The position numbers were made by a program, and so were the translations under genes. A DNA stretch of 20,000 nucleotides, taken from the IMG/VR virus record IMGVR_UViG_3300025659_000005; one strand, given 5' to 3'. Under the pieces are notes generated by a model. The model made no database searches, had not been told where the DNA came from, and saw nothing but the letters and a program-made list of their open reading frames with translations. Position 1 is the stretch's first letter. Each line of letters begins with the position of its first letter. Source of the stretch: an uncultured virus (IMG/VR IMGVR_UViG_3300025659_000005). Lineage: Duplodnaviria > Heunggongvirae > Uroviricota > Caudoviricetes. Positions 1 through 9,166 of this stretch are shown here, in pieces.

Positions 1-53
1 ACTATTTAGAATCATTATTATATCCTAACCCTTTAGATTTATGTTTGATACTA

Positions 54-254
54 TTATAAATAAATTCTTTTTCCATCATGTGTGAAAAATATTTGTGTTT
101 GTGTAGGTATTTCGGTATATTGTGATTCACATGTTTTGCAATAATTAGTTTTAACTAATTTACATTTTAATACTACACTATCATCTTCATTAACCTGTTC
201 ATGACCACATTTACAAATTACTCGATATTTGTGTTTAGTAAATTCATTTTTCAT
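54..254 (-). CDS. Small hypothetical protein with CxC-H and CxxC motifs (possible Zn ribbon)
   Basis: 66-aa ORF (CKCGH, CKTC) with GGAG upstream; first gene downstream of the conserved motif at 317-330. Confidence 0.6.
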   Translation of the reverse strand: MKNEFTKHKYRVICKCGHEQVNEDDSVVLKCKLVKTNYCKTCESQYTEIPTQTQIFFTHDGKRIYL

Positions 255-316
255 TATTCATTGTCTCCATTTAAAAAGCCTCCTGTCTATTTATATTTAA
301 AAATAATGATTATTTA

Positions 317-330
317 TATTATTTCTATAT
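317..330 (-). promoter_or_regulatory. Conserved 14-bp intergenic motif, copy 1 (minus strand ATATAGAAATAATA), putative viral promoter
   Basis: Identical 14-mer at 317, 5195, 14583 and 19899, each between a terminator-like hairpin and a start codon. Confidence 0.7.
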
Positions 331-352
331 AAAAACAGAGAAAATATAAATT

Positions 353-376
353 ACCCGACTGCCGAAGCAGCCGGGT
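353..376 (-). terminator. Intrinsic terminator-like hairpin with C(UUCG)G tetraloop
   Basis: Minus strand ACCCGGCUGC-UUCG-GCAGUCGGGU (10 bp, one G-U) followed by a U-rich tract, just after the stop at 389. Confidence 0.8.
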
Positions 377-388
377 CTTTGTGATGAT

Positions 389-601
389 TTATTCGTAATC
401 ATGAATATTTTTTCTTGAAAACACAAAATCTTCAAAAGCACCATTTGGACTTTCTGGACTATCTGGATTGTCTTCACTTGGATCTTGATTTCTAGCAAAA
501 GATGCCATAAGATCCTTTTCAGGAGTTAGAGATAAATTAATTACAAAATCCCCAATTCTAATTTCGCTTTCTTCATTTTCTTCAATGTCTAATTCTTTCA
601 T
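389..601 (-). CDS. Small acidic hypothetical protein
   Basis: 70 aa; ATGA overlap with the radical SAM stop; GGAGG SD upstream. Confidence 0.7.
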   Translation of the reverse strand: MKELDIEENEESEIRIGDFVINLSLTPEKDLMASFARNQDPSEDNPDSPESPNGAFEDFVFSRKNIHDYE

Positions 602-1341
602 TGGGCCTCCTCTAATGATTTATGAATCATATACTTTTTACCATAATGATTCAATTTTTTCTCAACCTTCTCTTTGACTTCTTTCCAGTTTATTGTTTTT
701 TGGTGTTTGTTATAATTCAATTTACCAACACCATAAAAATCTGTGAATTCATGAGTATTATCGATAACATCTAATGCTTCTTGAAGATCAATAATTGGCT
801 CTAAACTTAACCAAGTTTTAATGTTTCTTTTTTTGGCTCTTCTTAGATTTTCAATCCTTTGTTTGGGGGAAGCTGCAAATGGTTCCCATTCTTTTTGTAA
901 ATCTTCATTTAACATAACTAAAGTAATACCGAATTCGTTTTCTTGAACTTGAGACAAAAGATCAAAATCTCTTTGAGCTAAATCTTCTCCTTTTGTAAGT
1001 ATTCGAACAGGAAAATCAAACGAATTTAATAATTTAATTGATGTTCGTGTTAGTTTTAGTTCTTCCTCTAGTGGTTGATAAGGATCACTAGTGAATGACA
1101 TAAGAACTTGAGATTTTTCGAATTCATCATTCTTTTCAATCAATTCTAAGTCTCTTATTAATCTCGTAATAATATCCTTTTTTGGTTTAATTGTTCCGTT
1201 AAAATTTTCTCTAGTGATTTTACAAACACCAGGGACAAAGCAGTACTTACAACCATGATTACAACCTATATAAAGATTGAGCGCAAGATCTGCATATTCT
1301 TTAGCAGAACCTTTTGGTTCATATATCACTCTATTTGGCAT
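598..1341 (-). CDS. Radical SAM protein, spore-photoproduct-lyase-like family
   Basis: CxxxCxxC motif (LNLYIGCNHGCKYCF) plus SDPYQPLE, ILTK and WLSLEP motifs typical of SPL-like radical SAM proteins. Confidence 0.85.
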   Translation of the reverse strand: MPNRVIYEPKGSAKEYADLALNLYIGCNHGCKYCFVPGVCKITRENFNGTIKPKKDIITRLIRDLELIEKNDEFEKSQVLMSFTSDPYQPLEEELKLTRTSIKLLNSFDFPVRILTKGEDLAQRDFDLLSQVQENEFGITLVMLNEDLQKEWEPFAASPKQRIENLRRAKKRNIKTWLSLEPIIDLQEALDVIDNTHEFTDFYGVGKLNYNKHQKTINWKEVKEKVEKKLNHYGKKYMIHKSLEEAQ

Positions 1342-2053
1342 TTGATTTTTCCTTCCACAAGAGATTTCTCCCTTTAGTATAAGTTATATTTAATGGATCA
1401 TGTGGTTTCTTTATAAAGATAACTGTACCCATTTGAGTTTTACCATGTTTATAAGGATACCCTTGTGGGTATATAGACCAATGATCTGGTATCCAATATT
1501 CTTTTAATAATATGTCGAATATATCACTTATTTGAAACTCTGATTTTTCTGAAAAAATATATGGATTTTTTAATACAAAATTACTAATAAGTAGTAATTC
1601 GTTTTTAACTCCATTATCTATAGTTTTCATAATTTTCTTAAGATAATCAGATCCATATTTTGGTTGCATTACACCATCATAATTAATAATTGATGGGTTG
1701 AATTGTTTGCCTATTATTCTTTCGCAAATAGTTTCAAGGAAATCTCCATGAATCCATTTAATGTGTGGATAATATTTCGCATTAGTTTTAATCACTTTTT
1801 CTTCTCGATCAACTCCGTAGAATTGATCTGGGTGAATTAGGTTGGAATTAACCAAATGCCCTAATTCACCCACTATAGAAGAAGTTCGAGTATAATGCGC
1901 TCCACACATTGTCCAATACTCTGAGTTTTCAGGAATTGATAACCTTCTAAATACTTTACGATATATTTTAATTATCGTTTTATATCTAGCTTCCACTTTT
2001 ATATCATCATCCCAAGGACTACTATGTACATAATTAGGTTGTGTATTGCGCAT
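1331..2053 (-). CDS. Putative class I SAM-dependent methyltransferase-like protein
   Basis: Rossmann-like motif order YWTMCG ... FYGVDRE ... WIHGDF ... IINYD; overlaps the radical SAM start by 11 nt. Confidence 0.55.
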   Translation of the reverse strand: MRNTQPNYVHSSPWDDDIKVEARYKTIIKIYRKVFRRLSIPENSEYWTMCGAHYTRTSSIVGELGHLVNSNLIHPDQFYGVDREEKVIKTNAKYYPHIKWIHGDFLETICERIIGKQFNPSIINYDGVMQPKYGSDYLKKIMKTIDNGVKNELLLISNFVLKNPYIFSEKSEFQISDIFDILLKEYWIPDHWSIYPQGYPYKHGKTQMGTVIFIKKPHDPLNITYTKGRNLLWKEKSNAK

Positions 2054-2074
2054 TATTTAAACCCTCAATTAATA

Positions 2075-5000
2075 TTATCTAAGGATATGTTGAAATAATT
2101 CTTTCTTTTTGTATATTCGATTGACTAATCCATAATATCCATTCTTTTTTAACCATGTAGCTGGTGGTAATTTTCCACCATTGTCTTTAGCAAGAATCTC
2201 TGCTATTTCTAACCAATCCTCAAAAGATTTACTAGGATTAACCATAAAATCTCTATCAATATGTGAAAATGATTTTTTGTTTAAAGAAAGATAAACTACT
2301 AATCTTTTGTGTCCATTCTCTCTTAACCATTTAGCTGGTGGTAATTTTCCACCATTGTCTTTAGCTAACTTCTCGGCTATTTCGATCCATTCATCTGAAG
2401 GTTTGTGACAATAATCTCTTTTAATATGTTTGAATGATTTTTTATTTGCGTATATAATACGAATTAATGTATTATAACCATTTGTTTTTAACCATTTAGC
2501 TGGTGGCAATTTTCCACCATTGTCTTTAGCTAACTTCTCGGCTATTTCGATCCATTCATCCAGAGATTTAAGATTATTATCATTTCTTTTAATATGAGAA
2601 AATGTATCTCTATTTGATATTATACATTGATATAACTTACGATAACCATTTGTTTTCAACCAACTAAGTGATGGTAATTTTCCACCATTGTCTTTAGCTA
2701 ACTTCTCGGCTATTTCGATCCATTCATCCAGAGATTTACACGGATCATTAATAAAATCTCTATCAATATGTGAAAATGATTTTTTGTTTATACAAAGATG
2801 GTTTACTAATCTTCCGTACCCATTCTTTCTTAACCATTTAACTGGTGGTAATTTTCCACCATTGTCTTTAGCTAACTTCTCGGCTATTTCGATCCATTCA
2901 TCCAGAGATTTACACGGATCATTAATAAAATCTCTATCAATATGTGAAAATGATTTTTTGTTTAAATGGTAAAGTAAATTTGAATACCCATTTTCTATCA
3001 ACCATGTAGCTGGTGGCAATTTTCCACCATTGTCTTTAACTAGATTCTCGGCTATTTTAAGCCATTTTTCTGGAGGCATAGAATCATATTTTCTTTTAAT
3101 ATGATCAAACATTTTCTTATGTTTACTATACAAGAGAGCAGTTAACCCCATATAACCATTTCTTTTTAACCAAATATATGATTGTAATTTTCCACCATTA
3201 TCTTTAGCTAACTTCTCTGCAATTTTAACCCAATCCTCTGGTGAATTTCTTTCTTTATATAAATTTTCTTTAAGAATATGTTTAAATGAATTTTTATATT
3301 TATACAAACAAATTTCTAATCCATTATACCCATTCTCTCTTAACCATTTAGATGGTGGTAATTTTCCACCATTTTCTTCAGTTAATTTCTCAGCTATTTG
3401 TACCCATTCTTCTATAGATTTTCTTTCTCCCTTAATAACATCTCTAAATTCTTGAAATGTTTTTGATGTACATGTATTAGTTCCAAAAATTCTTAAATCT
3501 TCAAAGATGTCATTCAACCAAATTTTATCAAAATCTTCGATAAAATAATTTGAATTATTTTTAGAATAATCAATTGATTTAATAATATGTTTTTGATTGT
3601 GCATTTTTCTAAAAACTAAACCGATGTGATTAATGATTTGGTCTTGATTTTTAATTATGTTCTCTGATGTTAATAAACATTTGATCCATTGTTTAACATC
3701 TTGAGCAGATGGATCTTCTGAAACAGATTTCATAACTATTAGTTTTTTAATTATGTTCTCCAATAATTTTGCTCTTTCATCATCATCTGGAAATATTTCC
3801 TCTAGAGGATTAATATATAACTCTCTTCTATTATTTGATTTTAATTTTGTTGGGTATTTAATTGGTTCAATAATGTCTTGTAACAATAAAGATGTTGCTA
3901 GAGCATTGAAACTTTTACTTAAATGTATTCGCCTTTCTTCTTCGTTTTTAAATTTACTTTCAAAAGGAAGAAAACAGTAATATATTATTGATTTCTTATT
4001 AAAGAAATCTCTCCACAATCTACCGAAACGTTGATGTGTTATTCTTAAAGTATTTGAAGGTGCTAAATCAAGACATTGTTCTGCATGAACCCAATCTGAT
4101 CCTTCATCAAATATTTTAAGAGTTAGTATCACATCAACATGTTTAGCATCTCTATTATCAAGGAGTATTTCTTTTCTCTTATCTCTACCGTTGGTTTCAA
4201 TAAGATCAAGAATTTTACAATCATGCCACTCTTCTTTGATAGTTTTAATAAGTTTATCTTTAAATTTATTCTTATTACTATCATTCATAAGATGACCAAC
4301 ATAAGGACAGAAAATTATGCTCTTTTTGTGTCCTAATTTAAATACTTTCTTAACTTCATCAAATATTTCATATTGTTTGTATATAACAAAATTAAAAGTA
4401 AAATCTTCAATATACTTAATATTTTCTTCCCAATGTTTATCTAGAGGAAGAAAATGCTTATCAAATGTATCTAGAATTTCTTTAGGTATAATAGAATTAC
4501 TATCACCACGATATGGTGTAGCTGTTACTAACCAAAGAGAACTATCAGATTTATTTTTAAAAATATGATTGACCATACTTCCAATTCTATTTGATGTTTC
4601 ATTATCCTCATACATTATATGATGAGCTTCATCAATTACGATTGTAGTATTATCAAATATATCATTAAATTTTGATACTTTTGAATATGTTTGAGCTAAA
4701 GTAGAATGTGTAACAATAGCCACACGATTTTCAATACCAGGTTCAAATTCTTTCTTTTTAAGAAATTTAGTTAAGTATTTGATTTTTTGAAGGTTAGATT
4801 TCTTGCAAAGATCATGAAAACAATCCCAATTAATTTGTGTACCATCATCATATTGAAGAATCATTTTTCCAAAAGATTTTGCAATAAATGTTTGAGGTAC
4901 AGCTATAACAACTTTCATGTTTGGATTATTTTTCAATCTATCAGCCATAACAAAAGCAACATTAATAGATTTACCTGATCCAGGTGGTTGTATCAGTTGA

Positions 5001-5146
5001 AAATATTTTGAATTTCGATTTTCTTCAAAAACTTCTCTTTGTTGGTTCCTCTGTGTGATTATTTCAAAATCTTCATTTTGATCTATTTTTATATCTACAG
5101 GTTTAATTTTATCAATGTGTCTTCCGAAAGCTCTAAAAATAGTCAT
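2075..5146 (-). CDS. Superfamily 2 (DExH, restriction-Res-like) helicase with C-terminal array of 8 tandem ~57-aa repeats
   Basis: Walker A PPGSGKS, IVIDEAHH, motif III TATPYRGD, motif V FDEGSD, motif VI QRFGRLWR; SD AAGGAG; repeats with WxxIAExLxxxNGGKL. Confidence 0.9.
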   Translation of the reverse strand: MTIFRAFGRHIDKIKPVDIKIDQNEDFEIITQRNQQREVFEENRNSKYFQLIQPPGSGKSINVAFVMADRLKNNPNMKVVIAVPQTFIAKSFGKMILQYDDGTQINWDCFHDLCKKSNLQKIKYLTKFLKKKEFEPGIENRVAIVTHSTLAQTYSKVSKFNDIFDNTTIVIDEAHHIMYEDNETSNRIGSMVNHIFKNKSDSSLWLVTATPYRGDSNSIIPKEILDTFDKHFLPLDKHWEENIKYIEDFTFNFVIYKQYEIFDEVKKVFKLGHKKSIIFCPYVGHLMNDSNKNKFKDKLIKTIKEEWHDCKILDLIETNGRDKRKEILLDNRDAKHVDVILTLKIFDEGSDWVHAEQCLDLAPSNTLRITHQRFGRLWRDFFNKKSIIYYCFLPFESKFKNEEERRIHLSKSFNALATSLLLQDIIEPIKYPTKLKSNNRRELYINPLEEIFPDDDERAKLLENIIKKLIVMKSVSEDPSAQDVKQWIKCLLTSENIIKNQDQIINHIGLVFRKMHNQKHIIKSIDYSKNNSNYFIEDFDKIWLNDIFEDLRIFGTNTCTSKTFQEFRDVIKGERKSIEEWVQIAEKLTEENGGKLPPSKWLRENGYNGLEICLYKYKNSFKHILKENLYKERNSPEDWVKIAEKLAKDNGGKLQSYIWLKRNGYMGLTALLYSKHKKMFDHIKRKYDSMPPEKWLKIAENLVKDNGGKLPPATWLIENGYSNLLYHLNKKSFSHIDRDFINDPCKSLDEWIEIAEKLAKDNGGKLPPVKWLRKNGYGRLVNHLCINKKSFSHIDRDFINDPCKSLDEWIEIAEKLAKDNGGKLPSLSWLKTNGYRKLYQCIISNRDTFSHIKRNDNNLKSLDEWIEIAEKLAKDNGGKLPPAKWLKTNGYNTLIRIIYANKKSFKHIKRDYCHKPSDEWIEIAEKLAKDNGGKLPPAKWLRENGHKRLVVYLSLNKKSFSHIDRDFMVNPSKSFEDWLEIAEILAKDNGGKLPPATWLKKNGYYGLVNRIYKKKELFQHILR
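2078..3421 (-). repeat. Coding tandem repeat array, 8 units of about 165-175 bp
   Basis: NGGKL motif occurs 8 times; 2672-2790 and 2846-2964 are identical over 119 bp (174-bp period). Confidence 0.95.
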
Positions 5147-5194
5147 ACTTTCTCCTTTAATTTAAAAATAAATTTAAGCAAATTACTATTATCT

Positions 5195-5208
5195 TATTAT
5201 TTCTATAT
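5195..5208 (-). promoter_or_regulatory. Conserved 14-bp motif, copy 2, upstream of the helicase gene
   Basis: tattatttctatat on the + strand, 48 nt from the helicase ATG. Confidence 0.7.
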
Positions 5209-5229
5209 TAAAACAAAGAAAATATAAAT

Positions 5230-5259
5230 TATCCCTAGCTACCGAAGTAGCTAAGGATA
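5230..5259 (-). terminator. Intrinsic terminator-like hairpin with C(UUCG)G tetraloop
   Basis: Minus strand UAUCCUUAGCUAC-UUCG-GUAGCUAGGGAUA (13 bp, one U-G) followed by a U-rich tract. Confidence 0.8.
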
Positions 5260-5264
5260 TTAGA

Positions 5265-5477
5265 TTATTTTAGGTTAAGATTTACATACTGAGATGTTAT
5301 TTTTAAGAGATTTTCATAATCTCCACTCATAGCTTCATCTCTATATTTATTAAGATACTCTTCATCTGCTCCCTCATTAAAGAGAGATTTACAAGTTTTA
5401 CCAATTATTACGAAAGCGTTTCCGTCTTCACCATCTAAATCTATTTCAATTTCTGGTTTTTCGTTTGGTGCTTTCAT
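5265..5477 (-). CDS. Small phage-type hypothetical protein (DGNAF...SGDY motif); start re-called to 5477
   Basis: AGGAG SD just upstream of ATG 5477 (MKAPNEK); the longer 5567 start overlaps the upstream gene. Confidence 0.75.
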   Translation of the reverse strand: MKAPNEKPEIEIDLDGEDGNAFVIIGKTCKSLFNEGADEEYLNKYRDEAMSGDYENLLKITSQYVNLNLK

Positions 5478-5487
5478 GAATCTCCTA

Positions 5488-5868
5488 TTACTCATATAAA
5501 TGTGATGATTTATGTCTGCTACTATCAACACTATCAAAATCATAAAATGCGTTTGATACTGATGCAAAACAAGTAGGACATCGAAATCTAAAAGGTTCTC
5601 TTAATTTTTTATTACATTTAACACAACGTCTACCATTAAATTTACCAAGAATTTCTTTTGGTGATTTACGTAAAACATCTTTAAATGGTATTTTTCTTTG
5701 GTAGTTTCTAGATCTTTCTAAAATTTTTAATCGTTTTTTCTCTTGACATTCTTCTTTTTCACATGCTGTTCGTCGCCACCAATTAGTTAGATTTCTTGGA
5801 ATTTTGTCATTACAAAATTCACAAAAATTATCTGGTTGATTGTTTGCTTTATTCTTAGATTTTGACAA
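5488..5868 (-). CDS. Cys-rich putative zinc-finger protein
   Basis: CEFC, CEKEEC, CVKC and CPTC motifs; TTG start with AGGAG SD. Confidence 0.7.
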   Translation of the reverse strand: MSKSKNKANNQPDNFCEFCNDKIPRNLTNWWRRTACEKEECQEKKRLKILERSRNYQRKIPFKDVLRKSPKEILGKFNGRRCVKCNKKLREPFRFRCPTCFASVSNAFYDFDSVDSSRHKSSHLYE

Positions 5869-5877
5869 TTATTTCTC

Positions 5878-6598
5878 CTATTCATCATTTTCATTTATTC
5901 TAGTAATAAATTCAGTTACTGCTTGAATGATTGCAGACTTTTCAAAATATGTTGTTGTACAAAGAAATCTTTCAATTTCTTCTTCTGGAATTATATAATC
6001 ATTTTCTTTTACTTCATCACAAACCTCTAACAATTTTTCATCTTGAATTTTTTCATTAAGTTTATTTATTTGAGCATCGACCTTACTTGCTTTTTCATAA
6101 AAGTCAGATCTTTTCTTCTTGAGTTTGATCATCTCATCGGTATCTTCAACTTTTTCTTTTGCTAGTTTATATAAAATATCTTTAGAATGACTGTAATCTG
6201 ATTGGTGTTTTTCATTTTTAACTTTATCATATTGGTTTTTGAATACTTCATATGTTTTATTTAATAGTTCTTTTGCTTCATCAGGACTATTAACCATTGA
6301 GTTTCCAGGCTCAAGAATAATAGATTTTCTACAAACAAGTATAGGAATGATTTTTTTAGACTTTTTATCAATTCTTGTTGATAGTTTAGCGTCAGCTGTT
6401 GCACCACAATTATTATGTTTATCCGATATTATAAAATTATGGTTATAATATTTAATAAATATATCATATATACCTTTTGGAATATCGAAAACATATTCTT
6501 TTATATAATTTTCTTTTTGGTATTTATTATTTTTTTACCTTTGAAAGAATAGTTACTTAAAAATAATCAATATCTTTCTGTGTGTAAAATGACTTCAT
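5878..6598 (-). pseudogene. Hypothetical coiled-coil protein with apparent 5' frameshifts (pseudogene or sequencing error)
   Basis: The 5878-6297 frame stays open up to 6534; an SD-preceded ATG at 6598 joins it only if one base is added in each of two homopolymer runs. Confidence 0.5.
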
Positions 6599-6624
6599 AC
6601 TATTTATCTCCTTTATTACTAGAA

Positions 6625-6792
6625 TTATAAGTACTGTGTGTATTTATCAAGAATTGAAACAACTAAGTTATGACCTATACCATAAACGTCCATAATTTCA
6701 AACTCTGACATGCCTAACATATACCCATTAATAACACCTTCTAATATTTCTGGAAGAATGTAAGCAGTATCAGTATCTATAGAATGACCCAT
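6625..6792 (-). CDS. Small hypothetical protein (55 aa, MGHSIDTDTAYILPEILEG...), not in the ORF track
   Basis: Manually translated; AAGGAG SD; directly follows the topoisomerase gene. Confidence 0.65.
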   Translation of the reverse strand: MGHSIDTDTAYILPEILEGVINGYMLGMSEFEIMDVYGIGHNLVVSILDKYTQYL

Positions 6793-6800
6793 AATACTCC

Positions 6801-8150
6801 TTAAATATTAGAACTACAAAAATTACAAATTAGAGCGTAACAATCATTTACGTTATTACTTATTTTCAATTTAATATCTTTTATATTTTTATCATTCTCT
6901 TGAATATTAACATTATGTTCGATTAATGATTTGATACTTTTGGTTGTACATACGTTTTTAATATCTTCATTAGAGATAGTTTTTTCGACCAACATGAATT
7001 GATCTTGATCTTGATAATAATCTTCAGTCTTAATCTTATAATTTTTAAGAGCAAAGATTTTAATAATTTCATCAATAGATTTTACAGTTGGGTGATTTCT
7101 TAATATTTCACGAATGATTAAAATAATTTCGTTAGTGAACTTCTTATCGATATGTTTGATACATTCATTAATAAGACTAAATTTAACAATCTCTACATAA
7201 TACTCATAACACCTGAGTAAGATATCATCAACACCTTCTTGCTTAACAGACCCATCATTTTCACAAATATATATGATAAAATTAATGTTTTTGATTAGGT
7301 GTTTCTTATATATATATTTATAAAATGTTTGTAGATCTTCTCTTTTAGTTGGTTTAACACTAACATCAATTGTTGCACCAGAATAACATTCACAGTGTAA
7401 TCTATCGTCATCTTTTAAAGATGCAAATGTCGTTTGTGGTACTCTTCCTAAGATTCTTAATTCTTTATTTTTAGAAACACAATTAGGAATAATTGTTAGA
7501 GTACCAGAGCCATTAGTTAAAATCTTTTCTGCTTGAATATCATCTCGTTTAATAGAACAACCGTCTTTAGTTAGATTTGGATATATTATGATTTTATCTA
7601 ATTCATCTTCAGTTATCAAATATTTTAATCTTTTTGCTAGATCACTTAATTTGTATCTTGGAATAATTGTTCGGTGTGCAGCTATACCCATATAAATATC
7701 ACCATCACCAATTAATCCTATTGGTATAGGTGATGGTATAAATAAAGGTTCGTTTTCATATTCATATTCATCCCAAGGAACAAGATTAATATATTTAAAA
7801 CAAAATTCATCAACCCATTTTTTTAGTTTAGCTTCAGTATATCTTTCTGCACTAGGGTTAGCATCATCTAATCCAGGTGTTCCAAAATTTCCTTGATTGT
7901 CTACAAATCCTTGTTTATAAAGAGTTATTAGTGCTCCATATGCAGCTAATGTTCCATGTGGATGATAAGTACCAGTAGCATAACCAGTAATCTTTGAACA
8001 CTTAGTAAATTTTTTAGAAGCAATATCATGCATGCTTAGTAATAACCGTCTATAAACAGGTGTCAAACAATCTACAGGATTAGGAATCATTCTAAAACGA
8101 GAAATATATTTGAAATATTCAGTATAAAAAATTGGAATAACTTTTTCCAT
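6801..8150 (-). CDS. Type IIA DNA topoisomerase breakage-reunion subunit (GyrA/ParC/T4 gp52-like)
   Basis: RMIPNPVDCLTPVYRRLL, YHPHG, QGNFG and SAERYTE (catalytic RY) motifs; 449 aa, too short for a C-terminal pinwheel domain. Confidence 0.9.
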   Translation of the reverse strand: MEKVIPIFYTEYFKYISRFRMIPNPVDCLTPVYRRLLLSMHDIASKKFTKCSKITGYATGTYHPHGTLAAYGALITLYKQGFVDNQGNFGTPGLDDANPSAERYTEAKLKKWVDEFCFKYINLVPWDEYEYENEPLFIPSPIPIGLIGDGDIYMGIAAHRTIIPRYKLSDLAKRLKYLITEDELDKIIIYPNLTKDGCSIKRDDIQAEKILTNGSGTLTIIPNCVSKNKELRILGRVPQTTFASLKDDDRLHCECYSGATIDVSVKPTKREDLQTFYKYIYKKHLIKNINFIIYICENDGSVKQEGVDDILLRCYEYYVEIVKFSLINECIKHIDKKFTNEIILIIREILRNHPTVKSIDEIIKIFALKNYKIKTEDYYQDQDQFMLVEKTISNEDIKNVCTTKSIKSLIEHNVNIQENDKNIKDIKLKISNNVNDCYALICNFCSSNI

Positions 8151-8332
8151 TAGTCAGAATCCCTCGCTATTTTGGCTAGATCCAACATTTCTTGTTCGAG
8201 TATTTTGAAATCACCTGGCTCATAAGAATACACTGGAGATCTTTGTTTATCTATAGTATTATTCATACTTATCATCGCACATCTTCTGGTAATCAATGCT
8301 TCCAACTTAATTTTTATTTCTAGTTCTTTCAA
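8150..8332 (-). CDS. Hypothetical protein
   Basis: 60 aa, TTG start after GGAGG; stop overlaps the topoisomerase start. Confidence 0.6.
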   Translation of the reverse strand: MKELEIKIKLEALITRRCAMISMNNTIDKQRSPVYSYEPGDFKILEQEMLDLAKIARDSD

Positions 8333-8335
8333 TTG

Positions 8336-9166
8336 TTATTCCTCCATAAGTCGTTGTCTTAAAACTATATTTTCCAATTCTTTTACACCACCAAGTTGAT
8401 CGAATACAGGAATAAATATATTAAAAAATGAATTAAAATCTGGCAAACTAATTGATATTGTTTTATGTACAAGATTAGCAATACTTAAACTGATTGATTC
8501 TCGATTAGGTTTTCTTATTGTTAAGAATTTATTCATAACATATGACTTATTTAATTTCATATCATCTTCAACAAATCTACACATACTCCTTAGAGTGTCG
8601 TATCCTTTCGTTGAATCATAATCAATTATGTTTTTAATATACTTCTTAAATCTATACAATGTATTAAAATCATTTTTTATGCGTATATTTGGTAGAATTT
8701 TATCCGCATACAGTTCAAAGAATGTGAATCGATTAATCATTCGATTCTGTGCTTTGATAAATTTATCTGAACCTTCTTCAATTACGTTATAATAATTTGG
8801 TCTACCATAATTTACACTAGCAGTATGTAGATCCATATTACTATTATATTGATACAGTAAATAAATATCTTTTTGGTCATATGTAAATCGTAAACATGTT
8901 TTTAATACAGCATTATCACTGTTATAATAGAAATTATCATTAGAATCATAAACATCAACTTTGATTGAATATTGTTCACTTGCAAACTCATCATGTTGAA
9001 CAAGTCGCTGTTCTTTATTAATTTTTACAAATTGAAAAGTAGTTTCGGTGTAACCAGAATACAGATTTTTGAGTACATATTTATCATTATAAAAATATGT
9101 TAGCAAAGATAATATTTCATAGTTCTTATGTTTATTATTCTCTAGTGTGATGCTCTTTTGACTCAT
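8336..9166 (-). CDS. Hypothetical protein
   Basis: 276-aa ORF with GGAG SD, overlapping the primase end. Confidence 0.75.
   Translation of the reverse strand: MSQKSITLENNKHKNYEILSLLTYFYNDKYVLKNLYSGYTETTFQFVKINKEQRLVQHDEFASEQYSIKVDVYDSNDNFYYNSDNAVLKTCLRFTYDQKDIYLLYQYNSNMDLHTASVNYGRPNYYNVIEEGSDKFIKAQNRMINRFTFFELYADKILPNIRIKNDFNTLYRFKKYIKNIIDYDSTKGYDTLRSMCRFVEDDMKLNKSYVMNKFLTIRKPNRESISLSIANLVHKTISISLPDFNSFFNIFIPVFDQLGGVKELENIVLRQRLMEE

Noticed and set aside
598..1341. Calling the radical SAM gene queE
   Set aside because: Motifs (SDPYQP, WLSLEP) fit the SPL-like family; QueE hallmarks such as the N-terminal QGEG and TGGEP are absent, and the gene is ~14 kb from queC-queD
2078..3421. CRISPR array or diversity-generating retroelement interpretation of the repeats
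   Set aside because: Repeats are in-frame coding units of ~170 bp inside an ORF, differences are not restricted to adenines, and no cas or reverse transcriptase gene is present in the window
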